A stretch of DNA of 64,000 nt, taken from the NCBI GenBank assembly GCA_951406725.2, contig OX597819.1:62434001-62498000 (forward strand). The letters are read 5' to 3'. This document shows, in pieces, positions 12,311 through 25,413 of this stretch. The position numbers were made by a program, and so were the translations under genes. The notes under the pieces are model-generated. The model did no database searches. It saw only the letters and a list, made by a program, of their open reading frames with translations, and was not told the origin of the DNA. Position 1 is the first letter of the stretch; each line of letters opens with the position of its first letter. This DNA comes from Octopus vulgaris (Eukaryota).

Positions 12311-12446
12311 CTTTAGTTTTTGCATAAACAGCTTCAGTGATGTTGCCATACAACTGTTTTACAGGATCTTTCCAAACGGTGACACGGAAGAAGTAACCTT
12401 GGTTAACTTTCAAACCGTGGACCACAGCTTCAGGTTCTGGTCCGCA
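12311..12446 (-). CDS. Exon of FN3/VWC protein; C-terminal half of FN3 domain
   Basis: TATTATTCAG acceptor, AAAG|GTATC donor, 136 nt, phase 0-1. Peptide CGPEPEAVVHGLKVNQGYFFRVTVWKDPVKQLYGNITEAVYAKTK carries the FN3 'V.GL....Y.FRV' motif. Confidence 0.92.
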
Positions 12447-12551
12447 CTGAATAATATAATAGATGCTTATATAAAAATGCATGCACTAACATGTATATCG
12501 TCAATAAAACAATAAGAGGCATAGCTTCATCTGCTTGTCTCTTTGTCTGTC

Positions 12552-12633
<82 letters not shown>

Positions 12634-12662
12634 CATAGACAATTCCTCTCTCCCTATATATA

Positions 12663-13062
12663 TTCTTTTCTACTCTAGGAACAAGGCCCAAAATTTTGGG
12701 GGAGGGGGCTAGTCAATTAGATCGACCCCAGTACGCAAGTGGTACTTAACTCATCGACTCCGAAAGGATGAAAAGCAAAGTCGACCGCGGCGGAATTTGA
12801 ACTCAGAACGTAGCGGCAGACGAAATACCTATTTCTTTACTACCCACAAGGGGCTAAACACAGAGAGGACAAACAAAAACAGACAAACGGATTAAGTCGA
12901 TTATATCGAACCCAGTGCGTAAATGGTACTTAATTTATCGACCCCGTAAAGATGAAAGGCAAAGTCGACCTCGGCGGAATTTGAACTCAGAACGCAACGG
13001 CAGACGAAATACGGCCACGCATTTCGCCCGGCGTGCTAACGTTTCTGCTAGCTCGCCGCCTT
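12663..13062 (-). mobile_element. Family B SINE, two modules
   Basis: Head, body+tail-1, body+tail-2. Confidence 0.85.
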
Positions 13063-13076
13063 CCTCCCTCTATATA

Positions 13077-14298
13077 CAGGGTGCGTAAGGCATTTGAGGA
13101 TATATGTTAATTTTACTATAGCAGCATATTTATCAACTTAATATTTTCTATATTTCAGAATAATCTATGGCATACCCTATGATCACACAAGAAATGAAGA
13201 GGTATACAGTCATGGCTATAAAGGCTCACCATAGCAATTTAGAAATAGTACGATTTTTAAAAGTCACTTGATCCTTCGTCTACAAAATTCGCATGGAGTT
13301 AGAGGCTAAAGGCGGAAATGTATCGCCAGTATCAAAACGTAAGAAACATTGTAGACGCACTGATACTATTACAACACCAGAATTTATTCAACAAGTAAAG
13401 CAGACCATCGATGACAATCCCAGAAGATCCATGAGGTTGGTTGCAAAATGAACGCCATATGTCAGAGGGAACAATCTGATATGTTGTCTACAGACATCAG
13501 ATACAAACCTTATACGATGAGAAAAGATAATTTCATGTCAGAAACAGTGAAAGAAAATCGCTTAATCAGATCTAAAAGACTCATGAACAAATTAAAAAAC
13601 CCAAGAGAGAAAGATGTCATTTGGTTCTTCTCAGACGAGAAAGACTTTGATCAAGATCAGAAAATAAAAAGAAGATATGACAGATGGCTATGTGCAGAGC
13701 CTTCGGAAGTTACAAGAGTAATGCATACAAAATTTCCTGCAACTGTCATGGTTTTGGGGGTTGTCAGCAATGAAGGACATAGGATGCCTCCTCACTTCTT
13801 TCCACAAAGTTTTCGAGGAAACACTGCTACCTACATTGATGTTCTGTATACAGTAGTTAAGATCGATAATATACGCAACGGAAGACCTTTTGTGTTTCAA
13901 CAAGACTCAGCACTACCACACAAGGCTACAGCAACGCAGGAATGGATGGCGGAAAATTTCCATGACCACATAACCCCCAGCATTTGGCCTCCTAGCTTGC
14001 CAGATCTCAATACATTGGACTACTATGTATGGAGCGTAGTTGAGAAAGAGGTTAATTAGCACCCACATAACACTAAAGAATCCCTAAAAGCCTCCATAGT
14101 TAGAGTAATGTCTAATATGAACACAGACCATTAGATCCTAGCATGTAGGAGATTCAGACCTCGCATACAAGCTGTTATTAAAGCTGAAGGAGACTTTAGT
14201 GAAGAAAATGACAAAACAATATGTTTATTCTTATCATTAGAACCCTTTTCAGTAAAAAGGCATGATTGTCCGTTTCCTCAAATACCTTACACACCCTG
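13077..14298 (+). mobile_element. Near full-length Tc1/mariner DD37D (maT) DNA transposon
   Basis: TA target duplications (13075-76, 14299-300). TIRs CAGGGTGCGTAAGGCATTTGAGGA / TCCTCAAATACCTTACACACCCTG. Transposase homology inside. Confidence 0.93.
13179..14215 (+). pseudogene. DD37D transposase pseudogene
   Basis: Motifs WFFSDEKDF, FQQDSALPH and WPPSLPDLNTLDYYVW, with 37 residues between the second and third Asp. In-frame stops and frameshifts are present (ORF track piece 13448-14059). Confidence 0.9.
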
Positions 14299-15695
14299 TA
14301 TTTTATAACGTTCTGAATATACAGCGGTTCGTTTTGCTATTATGTTTGGCGTAACTACTACAATTGAGGGCGGTGTGTTGATAGAATGCTCTACGCTATT
14401 TAGGTGTGTTCCTTTTATGTTCCTCTGTTCAAATTCCACCCACGGCAATTTCAACTGTCTCACAACTGGGTTTAACTTTCTTTCATTTCAGGTCAATATT
14501 ATTAACTTTTCCTCCACCTACGAGAACCATTTGTTGTCTCGTGCATTTGTTTGACATCAATACAGTAGTTATCTTATAAAAGACATAAGTTTTTCCATGA
14601 AAAAATGAACTAAAGAAAACGAGAAACGAATTAAACTGTCCAGACAGAATATCAGCTGAAGGTCCTTAATCAAAAGAGTGAAGGTACAAGTTCATGTTTG
14701 CGGGATTTGAAATCAGAACGTACAGAGTCGGAGCAAACAGCATCGGACGTTCAAATGACTCTACTACTTCGTCTTTTTCTCCTATTGTGGAATATTTTTT
14801 CTTTTGCGTCTAAGGACTCATAACACCATTTACCCGATTTCCATGGCGTATAAGTAACTCAGGTCACAAAATTATACTTGAACGGGACGTCGGTCTGTTG
14901 CAGGATTCAAGGTGAGTAAATTTAAGGGGAGGGGACAAGTCAGTTACATCGCTATCAGTATTTGACTGGTATAGATTTTCATCGCCTCCGAAGGGGTGAA
15001 AACCAAAGTTGGCCTCGGTGGGATTTGAACCCAAACGTAAACTACTGCCCATCCTATAATGGGTTATAGGGAAAGAGAGATGACACCTAAACATTTTATG
15101 AAGAACTTCGAATAGTCGTAGAAATGGAAAATCTTTCAAATTCTTCCAAATTTTGGTGTAGAGTCAGTAATTTTAGGTGTGGGTGCGGGTTAGTCGATTA
15201 CATCGACCCTAGTACTTGACAGGTATTTATTTTATCGATCGAAAGGATGAAAAGCAAAGTCGACCCTGGCAGCATTTAAACAGGCCAGCAAATTCGGGGG
15301 AGGGGTTAAGTCGATTACATCGAACCAAGTACTTAATTTTATCGACTGAAAGGATGAAAGGCAAAATCAAGCTCGGCAGACTTCGAACACAGAACGTAAA
15401 GACGGAAGAAATGCCGCTTAGCATTTTGTCCGGCGCGCAAATAATTCTTCTTGCTCGTTGCGGCAAGAAGCTACTGAAAATGCGATCGCTCGGAAAACGT
15501 CTTCACGCCGACTGCCTCAACTTATTTTTCTCTCTGGTTAATAATAAGCAAGATTGCGCGCGCACACGCTGACTCACACACATACACAGACACACACACA
15601 AGCTACAACAGATTGCAACATACGCACTCGCAACATGTTATTAAAGATAGACTATGCTTATAGTTACTGACATTTCAATAGTACATTAATATATT

Positions 15696-16308
15696 GGCTT
15701 CAACTTTGGTACCAGGGTAAGAAGTGCGGGTAAGCCAATAATATCGACTCCATCACACAACTGGTACTTATTTTATCAATTCCGAAAGGATGAAAAGCAA
15801 AGTAGACCCCAGCGGCGTTTGAACTCAGAACTAAATACTTAGCGGCATTTCGTCCGGAGTGCTAACAGTTCTTATTTCTTTACTGCTCACAAGGGGCTAC
15901 GCACAGAAGGGACAAACAAGGACAGACAAACGGATTAAGCCGATTATATCGACCCCAGTGCGTAACTGGTACTTATTTAATCGACCCCGAAAGGATGAAA
16001 GGCAAAGTCGACCTCGGCGGAATTTGAACTCAGAACATAGCCGCAGACGAAATACCTATTTCTTTACTACCCACAAGGGGCTAAACACAGAGGGGACAAA
16101 CCAGGACAGACACACGGATTAAGCCGATTACATCAACCCCAGTGCGTAAATGGTACTTATTTAATCGACCCCAAATGGATGAAAGGCAAAGTCGACGTCG
16201 GCGGAATTTGAACTCAGAACGTAACAGCGGACGAAATTCCGCTAAGCATTTCGCCCGGCGTGCAAACGTTTCAGCCAGCTCGCCGGAGTGCTAACAGTTC
16301 TGCCAGCT
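15696..16308 (-). mobile_element. Older family B SINE with a younger family B dimer nested inside
   Basis: A 19-bp direct repeat CCGGAGTGCTAACAGTTCT at 15854-15872 and 16283-16301 flanks the inner dimer. Confidence 0.85.
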
Positions 16309-16815
16309 TCCCTCCCTCTTTCTCTTTCTTCCTTCTCCTGATCCTCTCTTACTTCCCTCTTTTTCCATCAGGGTCATACTTTTTTTTTCATCTTCGTCGT
16401 CCTTAGTTTCTCTCTTGCTACATATCTTTTCTGCTTCTCCCTTCCTCTCTCTCGGTCTCTCTCTGTCTGTCCCTTTCTTTCTCTCTCCCCACACTCTCTC
16501 TGTCTCCCACTGCCTGATGTGTAAACATGTACTAGTCTACACCGATATTACACACCGACTGACACCCGTCAGGTAGGCGCCGGTCCGCAGTTCGGTTACC
16601 TAAACCTGACCTTTTGTAAAGTCACGTCATATACACGGACTACAATAGCTTCTGGAAATAATGGTTAGCTTATAAAGACACTCATTGTTCTTGAAATTGT
16701 TGTCTTTGCGCTTTAGTTTTTCAATAAATATTGTATATGGGTTGTTGTCGCTTTTGTTATTCATTGCGCATGCACTATTTATGAGCTGGGCCAGAATTTC
16801 TGTGAATACCCTCAC

Positions 16816-16865
<50 letters not shown>

Positions 16866-17454
16866 TCTCTCTCTCTCTCTTTCTCTCTCACACAAATGCA
16901 CGCACACACACACAGACTCATATGTACGCATGTGTGTGTATGTCATCTTTTATCATTTACTTTTGTTTCAGGCTTTAGATTGCGGTCATGCTGGGGCATT
17001 TCCATGAACAATTTTAGTTAAACAGATCGACTCCAGTATTTATTTCTTACCAGGTATTTATTTTATCGTTCACTTTTCTCGTACCGCTAAGTAACTTGAC
17101 TGTAAACAAACCAATACCGGTTGTCAAGAAGGTGATGGGACAGACACAAACTCAAACGCAAAGACACATATAAACACAAATAATTATCAACGATTTAATT
17201 AGCTTACGTGGGTTTCAAATAGAATGACATAACCCATTTGAAGCACATTGCAATATACGTAGTTAATCGATCCTTTTTATTTGATAGACAATCGATTAAC
17301 TTTAAACTGCATCCAGTAGTGATGCCCTCATTCAGGAGTTTCGAGATTTTGAAGAGTTTCGAACCATTTCTGAGCCACTGTTATTCCAAGATCTACTCTG
17401 GGGCGGAGTAGTATCAGCTGTCAGGATCCCAGCTATGGATTTATTAAAAGTAAG

Positions 17455-17702
17455 TAAAGTTACCTTCTCGGGCCATGCCAGGCTCATGAGGGCCGGTTAC
17501 CCGCTTTCAATGGCGTATGTGTTCCTCACCTGGACGGGACGCCGGTCCGTCGCACGGTTACTTGTTTTTGCCAGCTGAGTGGAGTGGAGCAACGTGAAAT
17601 GAAGTGTCTTGCTCAAGAACTCACGTGTTGCCTGGTCCCGGAATCGAAAAACCACAATCTTATGATAATGAGCCCAACATCCTAACCACCAAGCGAAGCG
17701 TC
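17455..17702 (-). mobile_element. tRNA-derived SINE with V-domain-like core (family D)
   Basis: CCTGGACGGGACGCCGGTCCGTCGCA is the reverse complement of the V-like motif seen in the copy at 53665-53967. Confidence 0.7.
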
Positions 17703-18176
17703 TTCATTGTGGATTAATTAGCATATTCGGGATTGCTTAGCTATGCATGTGAAGGAGTGGGTCCGGCGGGCTTTACAGAAGAAACCTTCATGGTTCAACG
17801 GAGGAGAAGATGGCTGCAACTACGCAGAGCGGAGTGCAGAGAGAAATATGAAGCAAGTAAGACATCTTAGTCATCCACTACATTTCTCCATCCCTAGTTG
17901 CTTTGACATAATATCACTACTGGATTGAAGATGATTACGGACGAGAGAATGAGGTTGACATATACAACTCTTCTTCACTTAAAAAAATGTCACCGTGTGA
18001 GCCATCCTTAAATTTGACTTGATGGTATTCATCGCTGAATGAACACGTATGTATTTATGCATTCATTATGTATGGATATTTACATGTGTTTATGCACGTA
18101 TGTATATGCACTCGCATTTGTACAAGCTTGGGTGTCATTGTATATGTGGGTTTGTATAGTGTTCTTTATGTATACA

Positions 18177-18600
18177 CTAGCTAAATGACCCGGCGTTGCC
18201 CGGGTATTGCTGTTCTTATTCAGATAAGTAAACAATAAATATAAAGATATATTCTCATAATTATTTCAAAATATCTATATATTATTAAAAAATTATCTAA
18301 ATTGTAATTTTCAGTTCCAAATTTTATCATGAATTTGGAACTGAAAAGCTGTCAATGTTGAAGCACTTCAGGGTAAAAAATATTCATTATGTAATTTTTT
18401 GTTGGTGTCGAAATGAATAAATTGTTGCTGCTTTCAACTCACGAGCAAGCAACATAGAGTTGGCTATGGGAGATGCATGTAGTAGAGGGCCCAAGTGTAA
18501 CTACATTGAGAGACTGACCCTGAAATTTGTTAACTGAAATAGCAAAACTTAGTTTGACTGAAAGCTGAAGCGTCTTAAATTGAAATGGAACATCTATCAA
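18177..18600 (-). mobile_element. Helitron 3' end with degenerate Pif1-like helicase C-terminus
   Basis: 3' CTAG|T at 18177-18180 with hairpin ACCCGGCGTTGCCCGGGT (18188-18205). Minus frame DVPFQFKTLQLSVKLSFAISVNKFQGQSL...CISHSQLYVACS*V matches the RepHel 'QFP.RLAFAMTINKSQGQ...FSHGQLYVA.SRV' motifs. Confidence 0.9.
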
Positions 18601-20311
18601 TGAAAATATAACCACTTACTATATTGGTGGCTAAGAACGAAGTTTTTTGGCCTTGATTTAGCAAATCGTGAAATAGAACTGAAAGCTGTCTTGTAATTCA
18701 ATCAGTCTATAACAAGGTTCATCTTATGCCCCAGACTATTCATTAAATGTTGTTCAGCACATCCTCAAACACCTCTCTTCCTAGCTGTTTGTTCAGCTGT
18801 GAATATAGTCCTATCACAATGAATATAGAGGAATATATTCAAACAGGCTGCGTGCCTTGTAGTTTTCGGCGCTTGAGTGGATTTACTTTCAACATCAGTA
18901 TAGCAACTGGCTTTACTATATTTGTATCTCCATTGAGACCTTGTCGACAAAGGTCGATAATGAATGTATGTATGTGCATGTGAGTGTATACATGTATGTA
19001 AGTATCTATGTGTGTGCGCGTGTATGTATGTGTCAATGTATGTCTCCCTTCGGAGGTGTTTGTTTATCAAGGGCTGGGCTGGTTAGTCACTAGCGGAGTC
19101 ACAAGTGTGATGGATAAATTTGTCTGAATGCACAGCAGTACAATGTTCTAAATGATCAACGGTAGTATTCTTCGGTTATGAATAGACTGCTTTCATGTAT
19201 ATTACGTATGTACGTACGTATATGTGTATATGCATACATATAAATGCACATATAGTTTTTGGGCAGGGAGCCAATCGATTAGATCGCCCCCAGTACGCAA
19301 CTGGTACTTAATTTATCAACCCCAAAAAGATGAAAGGCAAAGTTGACCGCGGTGGAATTTGAACTTAGAACGTAGCGACGGGCAAAATACCGCTAAGCGT
19401 TTCGTCCAGCGTGCTAACGATTCTTTTCTCCTCTAGGCACATGGCCCGAAATACCGACGAGCTTATTTCAGTTTCCGATTATCAAATCCACTCACAAGGT
19501 TTTGGTCTGCCTTAGGCTATAGCGGAAGACAGTTACCCAAGGTGTCATGCAATGGGACTGAACGCGGAACTATGTGGTTGCGAAGCCAACTTCTTAGCAC
19601 ACAGCTACATATACAAATTATAGATTAGAAGATAGAAGAATCTCTAAATTATAAAAATAAAGACCCAACAAACATCATCAATACAACGTAGTTAACGCAT
19701 GTGTGTTGTTTAAACGCCAGAGGCTGCGGTTTTTCGTCCTGGAAAAATCCCTTTAAAGACGTTTAGGGTTAAAAACTCAACATACATGGAAACTAGGCGA
19801 ACCGGAATCGCAGTTCTTAGGATCATTCTGGGGCAATTTCGTTTCGTTTATTCTTGCCAGTCTGAAACATGACAGACTGGCAAGAGTATCTCAAGACGAG
19901 AATCTTCTTCAAAACAATACAGCGAGCTAGCTTTCGGAGTCTGGATATTCAGGTCGGCATTTGATAAGCCTGATGGAACAAACAAGATATGCAGACAAAT
20001 ATCTCATGTGAAATAGTAGTGAGATACAAACAGCTACAATAGCACAAAAAAAACCTTCCCCATCTCCATCCCCAAAAGCGCAGGATGCTGAGAGACCGAA
20101 TATAAATTATAGGAGAATAGATGAAAAAGACATTCAAAAATATGAGCAATTCTGAATAGGCGCAGGTGCGGCTGTGTGATAAGATCGATGGAATAAGTAC
20201 CAGAATTTAAAAACTTCTGGAGTTGGATTGATCGACGAAGCCGTTGGAAGCAGTGACCCATCATGGTTAGAGTCACATCACTGAAACAAATACACGAATA
20301 AACGAATAAAA

Positions 20312-20705
20312 TGGCTGTGTGGTAAGAAGCTTGCTTACCAACCACATGGTTGCGGGTTCAGTCCCACTGCGTGGCAACTTGAGCAAATGTCTTCTACTAT
20401 AGGCTCGGGCCTACCTAAGCCTTGTGAGTGGATTTGGTAAACGGAAACTGAAAGAAGCCCGCCGTATATATGTGCGTATACTAATGTGTGTCTTTGTGCC
20501 TGTTTTTGTCTCCCCTAACATCGCTTGACAACCTATATTGGTGTGCTTACCTTCCCCATAACGTAGCGATTCGGCAAAAGTAATCGATAGAATAAATACC
20601 AAGCTTACAAAGAATAAGCCTTAGGATCGATTTCTTCGAGTAAAAGGCAGTGCTCCAGCATAGCCGCAGTCAAATGACAGAAACAAGTAAAAGTATAAAA
20701 GAATA
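20312..20705 (+). mobile_element. Family A SINE
   Basis: Matches 1664-2160. Preceded by an internally deleted copy at 20159-20290. Confidence 0.8.
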
Positions 20706-20946
20706 AAACGTCTGTTAAACACTTAGCAATGAATGACTTACAAGAACAGGCTGTCTTGTTTGTGATACACTCAAATAATAAAAGGAGTCTCTTCGGCAAT
20801 TTTTGCTCCCTACGAAATTTACAGATCGCCTGCTGAATCGAAACCTACAGGTTGTTTTAGGGAAAAATAACATTGGACAAACTGCGTCTTCCTCCTCCAA
20901 ATATTCTCAGGCAACTCAATGTTGCTGATACAGGAAACAGCTTCCT

Positions 20947-21303
<357 letters not shown>

Positions 21304-21613
21304 TAGAAAATTATACATTCTCATAACTACACGCTGGCATTGCTTCACAGAGCTACATTGGTCATTGTTGTGTGATATATGCAAAAATAAGATACTATAT
21401 GTCCTCGCCCTACATATATAGCACAAGCGCCAAGGATATATAGAAGCAGAAAACTGCTCCGGAATGGTATTTCTGGGAGTCACTTCTAACAAATCTATAA
21501 GTCTTTTCACGATGGACCAGTCACCGTTGAATCCTAAACGTGACCGACATTAACCGCACTGATCCTTTTTTTTCTTGTTCCTAAAGGTATAATATAGAAA
21601 GACAGGTGTTTAC

Positions 21614-21697
<84 letters not shown>

Positions 21698-21833
21698 GTC
21701 TGTCTGTCTATCAGTTGTCTGTCTATTTTATCTGTCGGTCGGTTCTTGACTGCCTCTCTGACTGTCTGACTTTCTGACAGTCTGTTTGTCTCCCCTTCTC
21801 AATCTATGAATCTCTCTCCCTCCGTCTACCTAC

Positions 21834-21927
<94 letters not shown>

Positions 21928-22772
21928 CCATCTAAAATAAACATCAGCGCTATCCAGGTAGATAATAATAAAAATAATGCAAATAAACAAGAAAAAAATG
22001 GCGGCCAAGGAACAATAAAGGGTGTCTTATATTTTAAACGTCGCACGCGGCGAATATAATTAAGACTTTCATTGATACCTATGTTTCGCCAGTCAGTCAG
22101 TCAAAACATTTGTTCGTTATATATTCACCTCCTACCCGATCCCTTCCATCACATTCCACCACCAATTTGTTGTCAAGGTGTGAAGTACAACGTAACCAAA
22201 CAATTATTCCAGTGCAGTCGGAGTCGCGGCGGACACAATTGTTGATTGTCTTCAACATAAGCAGTATTTTACTGCTTCAACAATGGCGCTATTAACATCC
22301 TAACACTTGTCTAATATTGTCAATGCTGGTTTTTTTTGTTTTGTTGACATTCATAGTTATTTTCGTTCGATTTCTTTTTATAGGCTGCAGTTACTTTTTG
22401 CCTGTTGATCTTGTTGTTGTTGTCGTCCTCTTCTTCTTCTTCTTCTTCTTCTTCTTCTTCTTCTTCTTCTTCTTCTTCTTCTTCTTCTTCTTCTTCTTCT
22501 TCTTCTTCTTCTTTCTTCTTCCCTTTCTTCTTCTTCTTTTCCAATTACCCACCCCACCACCACCACCACCACCACCACCACCACAAACCACCACCACCCT
22601 CCTCCTCCACTTCCCACTCCTCCACTCTCTTTTTAAATTTTTCTTCCATGTCATTGCTCTCTTTCTCTGTCTCTCACTCTCATTCGGTTATTCTTACTTA
22701 TTCACTCTCTCCATCTCTCTCCGTCTCTCTTTATTTCCATCACCAACGTCTATTTATCTCTTTTTTTCTTCT

Positions 22773-22848
<76 letters not shown>

Positions 22849-23049
22849 TATTGGTGTTTATGTTTATAAAACTTCGTTTCACTCAAACTGTGAGCACAAT
22901 TGAAATATTAGTTTCTCCGTTCGTTGCTTTTTTCTTTCGTTTCTGTGTATTTTTTTAATGAAAAGACGTAAAATTTATTGCATCGCTACAAAAAATATTC
23001 CCTCTTCTTCGTCCTTCTTTCTAATCACCTTCCTATCAAAACGTATATG

Positions 23050-23091
<42 letters not shown>

Positions 23092-23213
23092 GCATGCATA
23101 TGTGTATATAAGTAAGTATAATATATATACATACATATATATGAATATGTATATAAAAGTGTGGGTGTGTCTGCCTGTATGTATGCACATACACACATTT
23201 ATATGCATGTATA

Positions 23214-23267
<54 letters not shown>

Positions 23268-23728
23268 TATGTATATATGTATCTGTATATGCGCACACTC
23301 AGGCAAATAGACACACGTAACATATATAAGGGAAAATAAACAACGAAATGTGTATGTATGTATGTATGTACATTGTATGTGAGTGTGTGTGTGTATGCGC
23401 GTGTGTGTGTGTTTGTGCGCGCTCATGGAATCTCTTCGAGGCTTACATTGGTTTCCATTTAGAATACTTATAGCGTTCTTGCAATTAAAGATGTTTTTGC
23501 TTTCTGACTTCCAGGCAAGGATTTAAAAAAAATAAATGAATATTATTCCTAAATATACAAGCACATGCACACATATATATATATATATCCTAGTACATAT
23601 CTATTAGAAATATATATGTGTATCTATCGATACACACGCATACACTGACATACATACACATATACTCACACATATGTATACGCAGGAATTTACACTGATA
23701 CTGCACACGCATTTATGCATACACACAC

Positions 23729-23817
<89 letters not shown>

Positions 23818-23885
23818 CATTTGTGTATGTGTGTCTATATATGAATATATAAGTCCATATATGTCTGTACATATATATATATATA

Positions 23886-23916
<31 letters not shown>

Positions 23917-24295
23917 GGTGCGTGTGTATGTATGTGTGTGTGTGTCTGTGTGTAAAGATAAATTAAATATAGAGATATTCAATCGACAATCTAATAATTT
24001 ATTTATATTACAATATTACATTAAATACTATGAATATAATATATAGCATAGCATAATATTATATAATATAAATAATAATAAAAACCATAAAAGGCCAACA
24101 AATTGTTCCAACTATATATATATATTTTCCTGATATACATAATCACTGTTCAGTTATATATATAGTCACTTCAGGGATTTTGGCTTTAGAAAAGACGAAA
24201 TTCCGTGTGAAAGGATGGTTGGTATCCAACTGACGTACCAGTGAATTGGATGTTTAACACACCTCTTTGAAGGACTTCTTTTCCTCATTTTGTTA

Positions 24296-24358
<63 letters not shown>

Positions 24359-24367
24359 TATATAAAT

Positions 24368-24660
24368 GGAGCACTCCGTCGGTTACGACGACGTTGGTCC
24401 CAGCTAATATGATCAGCAGAACAGCTTGCTCGTGAAATTAAAGTGCTAGTGGTTGAGCACTCAACAGGACCGTGTACTCTTAACGTAGTTCTCAGGGAGA
24501 TTCAGCATGACACAGAGTGTGACAAGTCTGGCCCTTTGAGATACATGAACTATTCATATTTCCCAGTTGAGTGGACTGGAACAACGCGTCGCCGGGAATT
24601 GAACTCACGGCTCTACAATCGTAAGCCGAATGCCCTAACCATTAAGCCACGCGCCTCCAC
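24368..24660 (-). mobile_element. Family C SINE
   Basis: Reverse complement of the 2646-2962 tail; head ...TAACCATTAAGCCACGCGCCTCC. Confidence 0.75.
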
Positions 24661-24670
24661 ACACACACAC

Positions 24671-24741
<71 letters not shown>

Positions 24742-24829
24742 TACACACACACACGTGTAAGTACATAAATGCAAAACAAAATGGAAAAAAATAGTACTCG
24801 AATACCGAAGGTAGAGTAGTATGTTTTTT

Positions 24830-25018
24830 TTTTTTTAAAAGCTGCAAAAACACAACAAAAAATATGTTACTTAGAGTTTCCCGTTCTCGTTCATTGGACA
24901 GTTGGGATCAAGAAAGGAATAAAATTTAATTCCATCTTGACCAACGCTATCCGACGAACAGGTACGCGAGAGTCTGAGTAACAGATTTTTTGTAAAGTTT
25001 TTACAGCTTTAATAAAAA
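24830..25018. repeat. ~190-bp fold-back palindrome, probably an inverted Penelope-like pLTR pair
   Basis: AAAGCTGcAAAAAC..ACAAAAAATaTGTTACTtAGA pairs with TCTGAGTAACAGATTTTTTGT..GTTTTTACAGCTTT. The centre also pairs (TTGG.TCAAGA..GGAAT / ATTCC.TCTTGA.CCAA). Confidence 0.8.
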
Positions 25019-25413
25019 CTTTTTCTCAATGGTGCTTGGGCACCGAAACGAGCACAGGCATTGGTTGAAGTTATATATAGGTTTGTTACGAGTAGACTTT
25101 GCAGAAGAGAATCAAGTGCTTCTGGCGCTAAATTCAAAATCATGATACCAGGTTAACAGGCATTCCTTCTTTCAATTTTGCAGAAGCAAGACGCAATCCT
25201 TACTCACTTATTTTTTTTCCAACCATGCCTGCGAAAATCTAGTGGTATATATATATATATAGTGGTTTGGAATTTAACTGCCCTCTCTAACGTGCAAGGA
25301 ATCCTATGATGGATACCTCTTATGTGTTTAAATGTACACTGTATTTATATGAATAATATATAGTATTTGACTAAATTTTTACACGCTAGGTCACTGGTAA
25401 TGGAAATATATAT

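Noticed and set aside
17195-17340. Additional hammerhead-like remnant on the minus strand
   Set aside because: GAAAC...GTA is present, but the upstream box is CTGAATGA and stem II cannot be paired convincingly.
20741-20844. AG...GTAAGT-bounded minus-strand segment
   Set aside because: It would interrupt the FN3 domain and shift the frame; no homology recognised.
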